A DNA stretch of 64,000 nucleotides from Patescibacteria group bacterium (GTDB lineage: Bacteria > Patescibacteriota > Minisyncoccia > Phycocordibacterales > UBA9973): positions 7,206-71,205 of the forward strand of contig JAZKCM010000001.1 in NCBI GenBank assembly GCA_040388095.1, written 5' to 3'. This document shows positions 7,860-17,588 of the stretch, one piece after another. The position numbers were made by a program, and so were the translations under genes. Within the stretch, counting starts at the first letter, position 1, and every line of letters begins with the position of its first letter. Below the pieces are notes generated by a model. It searched no databases. It was given only the letters and a program-made list of their open reading frames with translations, and was not told the origin of the DNA.

Positions 7860-9536
7860 ATGAATAGAATTATTAAAATCATAAATAAAGAGTTTGGAAA
7901 TTTAGGTCAAGCAGCGCTTATGCTCGGCCTTTTCAATTTATTTTCTCAGCTCTTGGGCCTTTTTCGTGATCGATCGATAGCGCACTTCATTGGTCCGTCT
8001 ATACAGCTCGATGCATATTATGCTGCATTTCGTATTCCTGATTTTATTTTTGTTTCTATTTCTTCACTCGTTTCTATTACCGTTATTATTCCATTTATTT
8101 TGGAGCGTATGAAAGATGACAAGAATGAAGAAGCAAAGAAATTTGTGTCTGAAATTTTCACTGTATTTCTCATCGCAATAGTCGTTATTTCTTTTATCAT
8201 TTTCCTATTACTTCCGTACATCGTACATTTCACTGCTGCAGGCTTTGATCCAGCTATGCAACATCAAGTCGTTTTGCTTTCACGTATTATGCTTCTCTCG
8301 CCGATACTTCTCGGTCTTTCCAATCTTTTCGGCACGATTACTCAGCTCTTCCAGAGATTTTTCATTTATTCTTTGAGCCCTATCTTTTACAACATTGGTA
8401 TTATTTCCGGTGTGATCTTTTTTTATCCAATGTGGGGGATAAAAGGTCTGGCTTTCGGTGTCGTTCTTGGCGCAGCGATGCATTTTTTCATCCAAGCACT
8501 TGCTTCGACGACGCTCGGCTTCCAGCCATATCTGACGAAGCATATTAATTTTTCAAATATTAAAAAAGTTTTGAAGACGTCACTTCCACGCACACTTGGA
8601 CTCTCCGCAAATTCTCTTGCACTTATCTCTATCGTTTCTTTCGCTTCATTCCTAACTGTCGGCTCGATATCGATATTTACTTTTGCAAACAATTTACAAA
8701 CGATTCCTCAAGGACTCATCGGTATCTCATACGCTGTCGCTGCTTTTCCACTTCTTGCTCGCGCATATGCAAGTGAGAACAAAAGTGATTTTAAAAACCA
8801 TCTGCGTAAAGCTGCGCGTGCGATTATTTTCTGGACGTTGCCTATCACTTTTATTTTCATCGTTCTTCGCGCGCAGATCGTGCGTGTCGTTCTTGGCACA
8901 GGTGACTTCTCTTGGGAAAATACACGTCTCGTCGCTGCATCGCTCGCACTTTTTTCTATATCGATCCTCGCGCAGAGTATGATTGCACTTCTTTCTCGCG
9001 CATACTATGCAACAGGTGAGACCAAACGCCCGCTCATCATCAATGTTTCTTGCTCACTTTCTATTATCGTTCTTGCATACTTTTTAATCCATATCTTCAA
9101 TAACTTTCCATTCTTCAGATATTTCATAGAGTCGATGCTTCGAGTTTCTGACATTCCTGGAACAGCTATTCTTATGCTTCCGCTCGCGTATTCTATCGGG
9201 ACGATTATTAATTTTATTTTGCACTGGGTTTCTGTTCGCAAAGATTTTATGGATGGTGAACATTTTATTTTCAAAGCTTTTTCTCAAAGTCTCGGCGCAT
9301 CGTTCCTGCTTGGAGCGACTGCTTACGGCACACTCTACACACTCGAGCCAATTTTCGGCACGACTACAGGCTGGGGCATTTTCCTACAAGGTCTTATCGC
9401 TGGCATCGCTGGTATTTTGATCGGAGGCTACGTGCTTCACTTGTTGAAAAATGAAGAAATCGCCGAGCTCATTAAGAACCTCAAAACAAAATTCTGGAAA
9501 GCAGAACGCATCGCTCCACCACAAGAAGGGCTTTAA
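7860..9536 (+). CDS. murJ: lipid II flippase MurJ (MviN family)
   Basis: 558 aa polytopic protein. The N-terminus LFSQLLGLFRDRSIAHFIGPSIQLDAYYAAFRIPD is typical of MurJ. ATG follows directly after the leuS stop. Confidence 0.85.
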   Translation: MNRIIKIINKEFGNLGQAALMLGLFNLFSQLLGLFRDRSIAHFIGPSIQLDAYYAAFRIPDFIFVSISSLVSITVIIPFILERMKDDKNEEAKKFVSEIFTVFLIAIVVISFIIFLLLPYIVHFTAAGFDPAMQHQVVLLSRIMLLSPILLGLSNLFGTITQLFQRFFIYSLSPIFYNIGIISGVIFFYPMWGIKGLAFGVVLGAAMHFFIQALASTTLGFQPYLTKHINFSNIKKVLKTSLPRTLGLSANSLALISIVSFASFLTVGSISIFTFANNLQTIPQGLIGISYAVAAFPLLARAYASENKSDFKNHLRKAARAIIFWTLPITFIFIVLRAQIVRVVLGTGDFSWENTRLVAASLALFSISILAQSMIALLSRAYYATGETKRPLIINVSCSLSIIVLAYFLIHIFNNFPFFRYFIESMLRVSDIPGTAILMLPLAYSIGTIINFILHWVSVRKDFMDGEHFIFKAFSQSLGASFLLGATAYGTLYTLEPIFGTTTGWGIFLQGLIAGIAGILIGGYVLHLLKNEEIAELIKNLKTKFWKAERIAPPQEGL

Positions 9537-9569
9537 AAGTTCGGTTTATTTTGGTAGGATACAAATATC

Positions 9570-10319
9570 ATGAAATTAATTACTTTAAACACATGGGGAG
9601 GGAAAATCTATAAACCGCTTGAAGATTTTATTCAAAGATATCAAGATGTCGATATTTTCTGTTTTCAAGAAATATATCACGATGCTGTTGGGAAAGAAAA
9701 AGATGAAGATTTTTTAGATAGTGCTTTTAACCTTTTTACCGATCTACAAAAATTATTACCGAACCACCTTGGTTTTTTTAAAGAGAACGCCGGGGGTTAT
9801 TATGGTAATTGTATTTTTATTAAAAATAATCTCTCTATACTAGAAGAGGGTGATCATTTCGTATATAAACACAAGGGTTATATACCTGAGGGTGATTTTT
9901 TTGCGAACCATGCTCGAAATCTTCAGTTTGTAAAAACAAAAAACAAGGAAATTACCTTTAACATTTTTAATGTTCATGGGCTTTGGAACGGTAATGGAAA
10001 AACAGATACAGAAGATCGTATAAATCAATCAAAAAATATACTAGAATTTATTAAAAAATTTCAAAATGAATTCATACTTTGTGGTGATTTTAATCTTAGG
10101 CTTGATACTGAAAGTATAAAAATCTTAGAAGATTCAGGATTAAGAAATTTAATAAGAGAAAATAATGTTACAAATACAAGAACTTCATTGTATAAAAAAG
10201 AAGAACGATTTGCTGATTATATTTTTGTTACAAAAGATATAATAGTTAAAGATTTTAAAGTTTTACCTGATGAAGTCTCTGACCATAGTCCTTTATTTTT
10301 AGATTTTGAATTAAAATAA
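9570..10319 (+). CDS. endonuclease/exonuclease/phosphatase (EEP) family protein
   Basis: ITLNTWGG, DIFCFQE, NVHGLW, CGDFNL and SDHSPLFLDF are the catalytic motifs of the EEP fold. Confidence 0.75.
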   Translation: MKLITLNTWGGKIYKPLEDFIQRYQDVDIFCFQEIYHDAVGKEKDEDFLDSAFNLFTDLQKLLPNHLGFFKENAGGYYGNCIFIKNNLSILEEGDHFVYKHKGYIPEGDFFANHARNLQFVKTKNKEITFNIFNVHGLWNGNGKTDTEDRINQSKNILEFIKKFQNEFILCGDFNLRLDTESIKILEDSGLRNLIRENNVTNTRTSLYKKEERFADYIFVTKDIIVKDFKVLPDEVSDHSPLFLDFELK

Positions 10320-10322
10320 CAT

Positions 10323-10895
10323 ATGAAAACAGCAATAATAATTCATGGAATGTCGGAAAGTAAAGAAGAGTATTTTAAAATGCTTGAATCGGAAAATAAA
10401 GAATATTGGCATTGGTTGCTGTGGTTGAAAGATGAATTAATAAAGAAAAATATTTCAACTCAAGTTCCTGTAATGCCAGAAGCTTATAATCCTGAATATA
10501 AAGCATGGAAGGAAACATTTGAGAGATTTCCATTAAATGAGGAAACTATTTTAATTGGCCATTCAGGTAGTGGAGGGTTTATTGTGCGTTATCTGAGCGA
10601 GAACAATGTCAAACTTGGTAAAGTTGTACTTGTTGCTCCGTGGATTGATCCAGAAAAAGAATTAAAAACAGGAATGTTTAATTTTGAAATCGATGAAAAT
10701 ATTGTAGCTAAAACATCAGGCATCACTATTTTTAGTTCGACTAATGATACAAAAGATGTGCAGGATAGTGTAGAAATATTGAAAAATAAAATTAAGAATG
10801 TAAAAATCATTGAATTTCAAAATTACGGACATTTTTGCCTAGACGATATGGGAACAGATGTATTTCCAGAACTTTTAGAAGAATCTCTAAACTAG
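10323..10895 (+). CDS. alpha/beta serine hydrolase (YdeN/RBBP9-like)
   Basis: Nucleophile elbow LIGHSGSGG, and a late acid/His region (STNDTKD ... NYGHF). Confidence 0.65.
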   Translation: MKTAIIIHGMSESKEEYFKMLESENKEYWHWLLWLKDELIKKNISTQVPVMPEAYNPEYKAWKETFERFPLNEETILIGHSGSGGFIVRYLSENNVKLGKVVLVAPWIDPEKELKTGMFNFEIDENIVAKTSGITIFSSTNDTKDVQDSVEILKNKIKNVKIIEFQNYGHFCLDDMGTDVFPELLEESLN

Positions 10896-10978
10896 AATTT
10901 AGTTTTTGACTTCTTTGTTTTTATATGTTTTACTTCTGTTAGATAAATAAACTTTGTAATAATCAATAAAAACAGAAA

Positions 10979-11317
10979 ATGGAAAAACTAGAATATTTTG
11001 AAGAATATTACGTTATACGTAATTCTTTAGGAGGCATATATTTACAAAAAAATGCAGGCGATCCACCTTCTCAGAAGGATTATGATTATGAAGACTTACA
11101 TTTGTATGAAAGAGATAAGAAGAATTTTAAACATAATTTGTTACTAGCATCGATGGATTTAGAAATGATTTATGATAAAAGATTGAGAGAAGAAATTCTT
11201 AAAACAATGAGTCCTATCAAGAAAGTAAAAGCTTTGAAAGCAGTATCAATAGGAAAAGTTCTAAAAGAACCCTCAGGTATAATTACCAAAGAACAGTATA
11301 AAGAACTTAAGCAATAG
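10979..11317 (+). CDS. hypothetical protein (112 aa)
   Basis: Intact ORF followed by a terminator. No motifs recognised. Confidence 0.4.
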   Translation: MEKLEYFEEYYVIRNSLGGIYLQKNAGDPPSQKDYDYEDLHLYERDKKNFKHNLLLASMDLEMIYDKRLREEILKTMSPIKKVKALKAVSIGKVLKEPSGIITKEQYKELKQ

Positions 11318-11332
11318 TATTTTTAGTAATTT

Positions 11333-11368
11333 AAAAACCTAGACAATTAATTTTGTCTAGGTTTTTTT
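11333..11368. terminator. bidirectional rho-independent terminator
   Basis: aaaaaCCTAGACAattaattttGTCTAGGttttttt lies between convergent genes. Confidence 0.7.
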
Positions 11369-12584
11369 ATCTTTCTATAAGTTGATATTTCTTCATAAAC
11401 CCATTTCCATCTAAGATGTGGAATATCACAGCAAGAGCGAATACGAGTGCTGCGAGCGATATGTAAGCAGTTTTAGCTCCGTGCATATCCATTAGTATCC
11501 CTACGACGAGTGGGCCGGCCATACCACCAATAGTGGTGATACTTCGCATAATGCCATCCACTCGACCAAAATGCTCTGGGTTTGAAGAAGTGGTCACCAT
11601 TTCATTACTTCCGACATATAAAAATTCGCTGATCATTGTAATAAGAAAAGCTATAATGAGACGCCATATGTAACCTGTGAGAAATGATAGTGATAAGAGA
11701 AGAAGTGAAAAGAATAATAGGCTAATACTGAATGTCTTTGAACCTTTCACATCAAACCATTTTCCTAGGCTCCAGCCCGAGAGCATTGGCAAAGCAGAGA
11801 CGATACCCATAATGATGACAGATGTGAGACTTCCACCTTCTTTATATACTTCGATTGGCAAGAAGAATAACACAGTCATTCCAGCAAAGTTTATGAAAAA
11901 ATTAAAACAAACGAGGCTTTTGAGGGAAAGATTCCAATTTTTAATTTCAGTAAAAATATTGTTCGTCTTATCTTTTATTTTATTTTCATCGAGCCCTATT
12001 TCTTTTTCTTTTTTACGAAATCTCCAGACAATAATAAAAGCTATGATCGACGTCGGTGTGATCATAAAAAGAAGAAGTGGAATAGAAAAATATTTTATTA
12101 AAAATATTCCTGCGATTGAAGCGACGATCCACCAGAAATTGCTAACAGTATCAAAATAACCAAAAACTGTTGCGATTTTATTTGCTGGTGTATGTCTTCT
12201 GACATATGTTTCTCTTCCGATAGCATCAAGCGCAAAGGCTATTCCATTCAGAAAACGCGCTAAGACGATAAAAATAGCAAGACCTGTTACTCCTGCGAGC
12301 AAGTATCCCGCTCCGACAAAGAAATAAATAAATAAGCCGACGAGGATGAGCGTCGTTGCACGCATTTTGTCTGCAAGTATGCCGACGATCGGGAGTGCTA
12401 AAATAAAAGCAATGTCGAACATAGATCGCAAAAGTCCAGCTTCAGCGAAACTGTTGCCAAAAGAAAAGAGAAGTATTGGTATCAAAGATTCTGCAAAACC
12501 CCAGCCGATCCAGCGGAGTCCTGTCGCTCGTGTCAAAACTTTTGCCCCAGAAGGTATTTCTGCTGTATTCCAAAATCGCGACAT
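11367..12584 (-). CDS. MFS transporter
   Basis: 405 aa with ~12 predicted helices. An MFS loop motif is present (GILADKMRATTLIL, D-R/K-x-G-R-like). Confidence 0.75.
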   Translation of the reverse strand: MSRFWNTAEIPSGAKVLTRATGLRWIGWGFAESLIPILLFSFGNSFAEAGLLRSMFDIAFILALPIVGILADKMRATTLILVGLFIYFFVGAGYLLAGVTGLAIFIVLARFLNGIAFALDAIGRETYVRRHTPANKIATVFGYFDTVSNFWWIVASIAGIFLIKYFSIPLLLFMITPTSIIAFIIVWRFRKKEKEIGLDENKIKDKTNNIFTEIKNWNLSLKSLVCFNFFINFAGMTVLFFLPIEVYKEGGSLTSVIIMGIVSALPMLSGWSLGKWFDVKGSKTFSISLLFFSLLLLSLSFLTGYIWRLIIAFLITMISEFLYVGSNEMVTTSSNPEHFGRVDGIMRSITTIGGMAGPLVVGILMDMHGAKTAYISLAALVFALAVIFHILDGNGFMKKYQLIER

Positions 12585-12593
12585 GTATTTTTT

Positions 12594-13319
12594 CTATCTT
12601 ATCTCAAAACTCGCTTTCACAGTGACCATGATTTCTTTTTGTATTTTTGAAGTATCGTATGAGCCGTAGTCGGAAATTTCTACTGAGTTTGGTGCGAGGA
12701 CTTGGACGACGCCACTAGATGCGGATTTGATCGCTCCTATTTTCTTTCCGCCGGCAGTTGCAATAGTCTCTGCACGGTTTTTTGCATCAGCTATAGCACT
12801 CGGTAAGAGTTTTACTCGTGATTCAGGGAGTTTTGAATAATAATATTCTAGGCTTGTCGTAGAGAAGATGACTCCTTTGCTGACGACGAGGGAAGTAGCA
12901 TTTTTTGAGAGCTCGGTTATTTTTTGAATATCGTTTGATTGGATTTCGATATTTTGTACGAGGTTGTAGCTCTTATCTGCTGTAGCGTATTGCTCGTAGA
13001 CTTCGTTCATAAAGACTGGAGTGATATTGATATCTTTTTCTTCGATGCCATTTGTCGCAAGGAATGCTTTGACTTCTTTGATATCATTATCTATTTTTGT
13101 GTAGCCATCTTTGAGAGCGCTCAGCTTGACTGTGCGAGTGATCGTTGAGTTCCATTTTACTTTATCGGAAGTGACTTGTTCTTTTGCTGAACCTGTGACG
13201 GAGATATTTTCCATAGTGCGAGATTTATAAAATGTATACGATACGAGCCCGAAACTTATAATAAGAGAAAGACCTAAAATGAGACCGAAAGAGACGAAGC
13301 TTTGTTTTTGATTTTCCAT
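12594..13319 (-). CDS. SIMPL (DUF541) domain protein, membrane-anchored
   Basis: N-terminal TM helix followed by the pattern typical of SIMPL proteins (ISVTGSA..., ...AIADAKNRAETIATAGGKKIGAIKS..., ...VTVKASFEI). Confidence 0.65.
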   Translation of the reverse strand: MENQKQSFVSFGLILGLSLIISFGLVSYTFYKSRTMENISVTGSAKEQVTSDKVKWNSTITRTVKLSALKDGYTKIDNDIKEVKAFLATNGIEEKDINITPVFMNEVYEQYATADKSYNLVQNIEIQSNDIQKITELSKNATSLVVSKGVIFSTTSLEYYYSKLPESRVKLLPSAIADAKNRAETIATAGGKKIGAIKSASSGVVQVLAPNSVEISDYGSYDTSKIQKEIMVTVKASFEIR

Positions 13320-13335
13320 ATACTATAATACTAAC

Positions 13336-13800
13336 ATGACACAATTTTTTACACAAAACAGTGAAATTATAATAAAACTCGTCGTTGCAATGGTTCTCGG
13401 TATGGTGATCGGTATTGAGAGATACCTTGCCCACAAGACCGCTGGTATGCGTACATATTCGCTCGTCGCGATGGGTTCTTGTCTCCTTATTATTATTTCT
13501 GAAATGATGGCCGAATATTACATGCCTTTGGCAAACGTGAGCATTAATCCTTTTCAAATCGCCGCTGCGATTGTTACAGGTATAGGTTTCCTTGGCGCTG
13601 GTGTTATTCTTCATCAAGAATCCCGCATCATCGGTATTACTTCTGCTTCAGGTCTCTGGGTCGCTTCGGCGATAGGTATCGCTGTAGGTTTCGAGCTCTA
13701 TGATCTCGCGATTATTGCGACAATTTTAACACTTTTTATTTTTATCGTGCTCTGGATTTTGGAAAAGAAGATCATCGACAGGCTTTTTTCCGGAAAATAA
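13336..13800 (+). CDS. MgtC/SapB family membrane protein
   Basis: GIERYLAHKTAGMRTYSLVAMGSCL and GIGFLGAGVIL are MgtC-family signatures. Confidence 0.8.
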   Translation: MTQFFTQNSEIIIKLVVAMVLGMVIGIERYLAHKTAGMRTYSLVAMGSCLLIIISEMMAEYYMPLANVSINPFQIAAAIVTGIGFLGAGVILHQESRIIGITSASGLWVASAIGIAVGFELYDLAIIATILTLFIFIVLWILEKKIIDRLFSGK

Positions 13801-13804
13801 TTTT

Positions 13805-15595
13805 ATGCATTCAAGCGAGATACGAACACGATTTTTAAAATTTTTTGAAAACAGGGGACATAAAATAATCCCTTCGGCTTCACTCGTACCTGAAAATGAT
13901 CCTTCAGTACTTTTTAATACTGCGGGAATGCAACCACTCGTGCCATATCTCCTCGGACAAGAACATCCAATGGGGCGTAGAATTGCTAACGTACAAAAAT
14001 GCGTGCGTACTGGCGACCTCGATGACATCGGTGACAATCGCCATTTTTCATTTTTCGAAATGATGGGCAATTGGTCGCTCGGAGACCCCTCTAGTCCTGA
14101 CGGCATCGGGGCAGGTTATTTTAAAGAAGATGCAATTAAATGGTCTTATGAATTTCTAACTAGCAAAGAAGAAGGCCTTGGGCTCGATGTGTCACGACTT
14201 TATGTGACGATTTTTGAGGGCGACGAAAATGCTCCATACGATCAAGAATCAAAAGATATCTGGATGAGCTTAGGAATTCCTGAACATCGTATTTACTCAT
14301 TACCTGGAGATGATAACTGGTGGAGCCCTGGAGACAATGGTCCATGTGGGCCGTCTAGTGAAATGTTTTATGATATGAGTGGAAATATTGGTGACCTTAC
14401 AAAAGAAGGTTTTATTGAAGCTTGTGAAAAAGAAGATGTCATAGAAATCTGGAATGATGTTTTTATGGAATACGAAAAGAAAGACGGCAAAGTCATCGGC
14501 AAACTCAAACAGAAAAATGTAGACACTGGCGCCGGCCTCGAACGCATCACTGCCGTCATGCAAGGTAAAAAAACTGCGTATGATACGGATTTGTTTGAAT
14601 TTGTTACAAATGTTATAAAATCTCAATCCAAAAATTATAATGAACATTCTTCTCGTGTTGTTGCAGACCATATTAGAACAGCTGTTTTTTTAATCTCTGA
14701 TGGTGTTTTACCTGGAAACAAAGATCAGGGTTATGTATTAAGAAGATTACTAAGAAGAACAATTAGGCACTCAGATTTATTAGCTTTACCAAAAAATTCT
14801 TTAGCTTCTTTAAGTTTGGCTGTAGTTAATCAATATGAAGAAATTTATACAAATCTTCGCGTTGATTTAAATCAAATTCAATATGTAATAGAACAAGAAG
14901 AAATTAAATTTCGCCAAACTTTAGAAAATGGTCTTAAAGAATTCGAAAAAGGAATCGATCCATTTATTCTTGCGACAACATATGGTTTTCCGATTGAACT
15001 CACAGAAGAATTGGCGAAAGAGAAAGGAATCAAAATTGATCGAGAGGATTTTAATACAAAAATGTCTGAACACCAAAAACTTTCACAAACTGCTTCTGCA
15101 GGTATGTTCAAAGGTGGACTCGCTAATCATAATGAAAAGACAATACGACTTCACACAGCGCACCATTTGCTTTTGGCTGCATTGCAGGAAGTCGTCAGTC
15201 CGGAAATAAAACAGCGGGGAAGTAATATCACCGAAGAACGCCTACGCATTGATTTCGTCTGCGACCATAAACTCACTGATGAAGAAAAACAGAAAGTTGA
15301 GGATTTAGTAAATCAAAAAATCCAAGCAAATCTAAATGTCGTCCGTCGTGAGATGCCTCTTGCAGAAGCAGAAAAGATCGGCGCGCAAATGGAATTCGGA
15401 GCAAAATATCCGGAGACTGTATCTGTGTATTTTATCGGTGAAGAAAATCCTTCGACAAGCTCAGGACGCGCTTTCAGTGCGGAATTCTGTGGTGGTCCAC
15501 ACGTTTCAAATACTGGCGAACTAGGCATTTTCAAAATCCAAAAAGAAGAAGCAGTCTCAGCTGGCGTTAGGCGTATAAAGGCTATTCTCGAGTAA
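13805..15595 (+). CDS. alaS: alanine--tRNA ligase, short form (596 aa; no C-Ala domain)
   Basis: N-terminus IRTRFLKFFENRGHKIIPSASLVPENDPSVLFNTAGMQP, then DTGAGLERITAVMQ. Editing motifs HTAHHLL and CGGPHV are present. The protein ends about 25 aa after the editing domain. Confidence 0.9.
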   Translation: MHSSEIRTRFLKFFENRGHKIIPSASLVPENDPSVLFNTAGMQPLVPYLLGQEHPMGRRIANVQKCVRTGDLDDIGDNRHFSFFEMMGNWSLGDPSSPDGIGAGYFKEDAIKWSYEFLTSKEEGLGLDVSRLYVTIFEGDENAPYDQESKDIWMSLGIPEHRIYSLPGDDNWWSPGDNGPCGPSSEMFYDMSGNIGDLTKEGFIEACEKEDVIEIWNDVFMEYEKKDGKVIGKLKQKNVDTGAGLERITAVMQGKKTAYDTDLFEFVTNVIKSQSKNYNEHSSRVVADHIRTAVFLISDGVLPGNKDQGYVLRRLLRRTIRHSDLLALPKNSLASLSLAVVNQYEEIYTNLRVDLNQIQYVIEQEEIKFRQTLENGLKEFEKGIDPFILATTYGFPIELTEELAKEKGIKIDREDFNTKMSEHQKLSQTASAGMFKGGLANHNEKTIRLHTAHHLLLAALQEVVSPEIKQRGSNITEERLRIDFVCDHKLTDEEKQKVEDLVNQKIQANLNVVRREMPLAEAEKIGAQMEFGAKYPETVSVYFIGEENPSTSSGRAFSAEFCGGPHVSNTGELGIFKIQKEEAVSAGVRRIKAILE

Positions 15596-15601
15596 CACTT
15601 A

Positions 15602-15629
15602 TTGACAAAATTTGTATTTCTAGTAATAT
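15602..15629 (+). promoter_or_regulatory. candidate promoter TTGACA-16 nt-TAATAT
   Basis: TTGACA at 15602-15607 and TAATAT at 15624-15629, about 40 nt upstream of the ATG at 15669. Confidence 0.4.
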
Positions 15630-15668
15630 ATATTTTGGATATTCCAAAATAACTTAATACTAAATTTT

Positions 15669-16322
15669 ATGCAAAAAAAAATGTTATCAACTTTGACCCT
15701 GACAGAGCTTTGGGGTGAATTGAAATCCTATGCGGATGGCATTAAAGTAAATGATTCAAAAAAAATTCTAAATGAATTGAGTCGTTTAATTCAACAGCAC
15801 AAAGGAAACAAAGAAACGTGCGATGAATTGATTACGAAATTATTACGTATTCCAGTATGGCTGTTACGCAACAAAGTTACAAAGCCCTCTATCATTTTGA
15901 TAGCTTTGCATCGCAATTCACCGAAAGAACTGGTTGAAGAATTGTCCTTAACCTACGGAGAAAAATTTGCTTCTTCTATAGAACTGTTAAGGAAAAAAGA
16001 TTACGAAAGTAACACAAAAGAGGAAAGAGCTTCTCTCCGACTGGAAGATTTTAAAAATGCTGTTGAAAAATCAAAAGAAGCCGCGCTTATACTTCTTGCC
16101 GAACATTCCGTTAATCGAATCGATTTCACGAAAGAAGAGGATGATGACAAAAAAATTCTTTGGTCGATAAAAAATCAACCAAGAGTTGAAATTTTGCATA
16201 ATTTCTTTTTGAAGAATTTTAAAACCGAACAAAATATTGTTTTGTCTATTAAAGACACGACAACTATTTTGATTGAGGACCTTGCTTGCATGAAAGGCGT
16301 TCTTCAATTAGTTAAGGATTAA
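15669..16322 (+). CDS. hypothetical protein (217 aa, predicted helical, soluble)
   Basis: Intact ORF bracketed by a candidate promoter and a terminator. No motifs recognised. Confidence 0.45.
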   Translation: MQKKMLSTLTLTELWGELKSYADGIKVNDSKKILNELSRLIQQHKGNKETCDELITKLLRIPVWLLRNKVTKPSIILIALHRNSPKELVEELSLTYGEKFASSIELLRKKDYESNTKEERASLRLEDFKNAVEKSKEAALILLAEHSVNRIDFTKEEDDDKKILWSIKNQPRVEILHNFFLKNFKTEQNIVLSIKDTTTILIEDLACMKGVLQLVKD

Positions 16323-16337
16323 GTTAATTAAATTTTT

Positions 16338-16367
16338 AAAAAACCACAGAAATTCTGTGGTTTTTTG
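16338..16367 (+). terminator. rho-independent terminator
   Basis: aaaaaaCCACAGAaattTCTGTGGtttttt. Confidence 0.7.
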
Positions 16368-16403
16368 TTGCCTTTTTATACCTATACAAGGTATAATTGC
16401 TCT

Positions 16404-17576
16404 ATGAGTTTATTTTTTTCTAAACCAAAAACAGAATTGATTGCTCTTTTTGATGTCGGATCTTCAAGTGTTGGCGGAGCACTTGTCCTCAAAGATGGTA
16501 AAAATATTCCCACATTTATTTTCTCTATTCGTGAACCAATTCATCTAACAGAAAACTTTGTTTTCGATAGATTTTTCAATGCAACACTTCAGTCTTTGGA
16601 AAAAGTTGCAAAACAAATAAATCTTTCTGGTTTGGGTGCAGTTACAAAGATTTATTGTACTTTTTCATCACCGTGGTATGCATCTCAAACAAGAAATATA
16701 CAGCTAGAAAAAAATATTTCCTTCACATTTACTTCAAAAATAGCAGAACATTTAAATAAAAAAGAATATCTGCTTTTCGAAGAAGAAAATATTAAAAAAT
16801 TTGAAAATGGCCTCTCCGATGCTCGAATTATAGAATCTAAAAATATGTCAGTTGCTTTAAATGGCTACAGAGTACAAAATCCGATTGGTATCAAGACAAA
16901 AAAAGTCGAAATGTCTTTATTCGTCTCAATGAGTAACCAACATATACTGACAAAAATAGAAGAATCTATCGGTAGACATTTACATTTCAAAAATATAAAG
17001 TTCTCATCATTTATTTTTTCTTTTTTTACGACATTGCGTGATCTTTTCAATACATATGAAGATTTCTTGTGTATTGACATTGGTGGAGAAATCACAGAAA
17101 TAGGTTTAGTAAAAAAAGATGTTTTAGTAGAATCCGTCTCTTTTCCTTATGGTAAGAATTTTATTTTGAGAAATTTATCAAAAAAATTGGGTTATGATAT
17201 AGACCACACAAAATCATTATTTGCCCTTTATATAGAAGGTCATTTGGAAAGAAAGATGACAGAAAAAATAATAAAAGAATTGCATAGTATTACAAATGAA
17301 TGGTTGAAACAATTTGGAGCATCACTTAATCTATTATCAAATCATATGCTTTTGCCCCACACATTATTTTTTTCAACAGATGAGGATATGATACAGTATT
17401 TTACCGAAGTGATGCAAAAAGAAGAAACACATCAATATACGAAAACAATTTCAAAGTTTAAAATAATACCGATCGATACAAAGATCCTCCACGGTAATGC
17501 TCATTTTAGTGAAGCAGTTTCTAGAGATAGTGCACTCATTATGCAATCTATTTACATTAATAGGTATAACGCTTAA
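16404..17576 (+). CDS. actin-like ATPase (FtsA/PilM-like ASKHA fold)
   Basis: Start chosen at MSLFFSK (ATG 16404). Phosphate-1-like LFDVGSSSVGGALV and phosphate-2-like CIDIGGEITEIGLV are spaced about 210 aa apart, as in FtsA/PilM. Subfamily is not resolved. Confidence 0.55.
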   Translation: MSLFFSKPKTELIALFDVGSSSVGGALVLKDGKNIPTFIFSIREPIHLTENFVFDRFFNATLQSLEKVAKQINLSGLGAVTKIYCTFSSPWYASQTRNIQLEKNISFTFTSKIAEHLNKKEYLLFEEENIKKFENGLSDARIIESKNMSVALNGYRVQNPIGIKTKKVEMSLFVSMSNQHILTKIEESIGRHLHFKNIKFSSFIFSFFTTLRDLFNTYEDFLCIDIGGEITEIGLVKKDVLVESVSFPYGKNFILRNLSKKLGYDIDHTKSLFALYIEGHLERKMTEKIIKELHSITNEWLKQFGASLNLLSNHMLLPHTLFFSTDEDMIQYFTEVMQKEETHQYTKTISKFKIIPIDTKILHGNAHFSEAVSRDSALIMQSIYINRYNA

Positions 17577-17588
17577 AATATAACAATC

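Noticed and set aside
11677-12159. 160-aa plus-strand ORF
   Set aside because: It is antisense to the MFS transporter. The same reasoning applies to 44849-45262 (opposite scpA) and 48111-48563 (opposite trpS).
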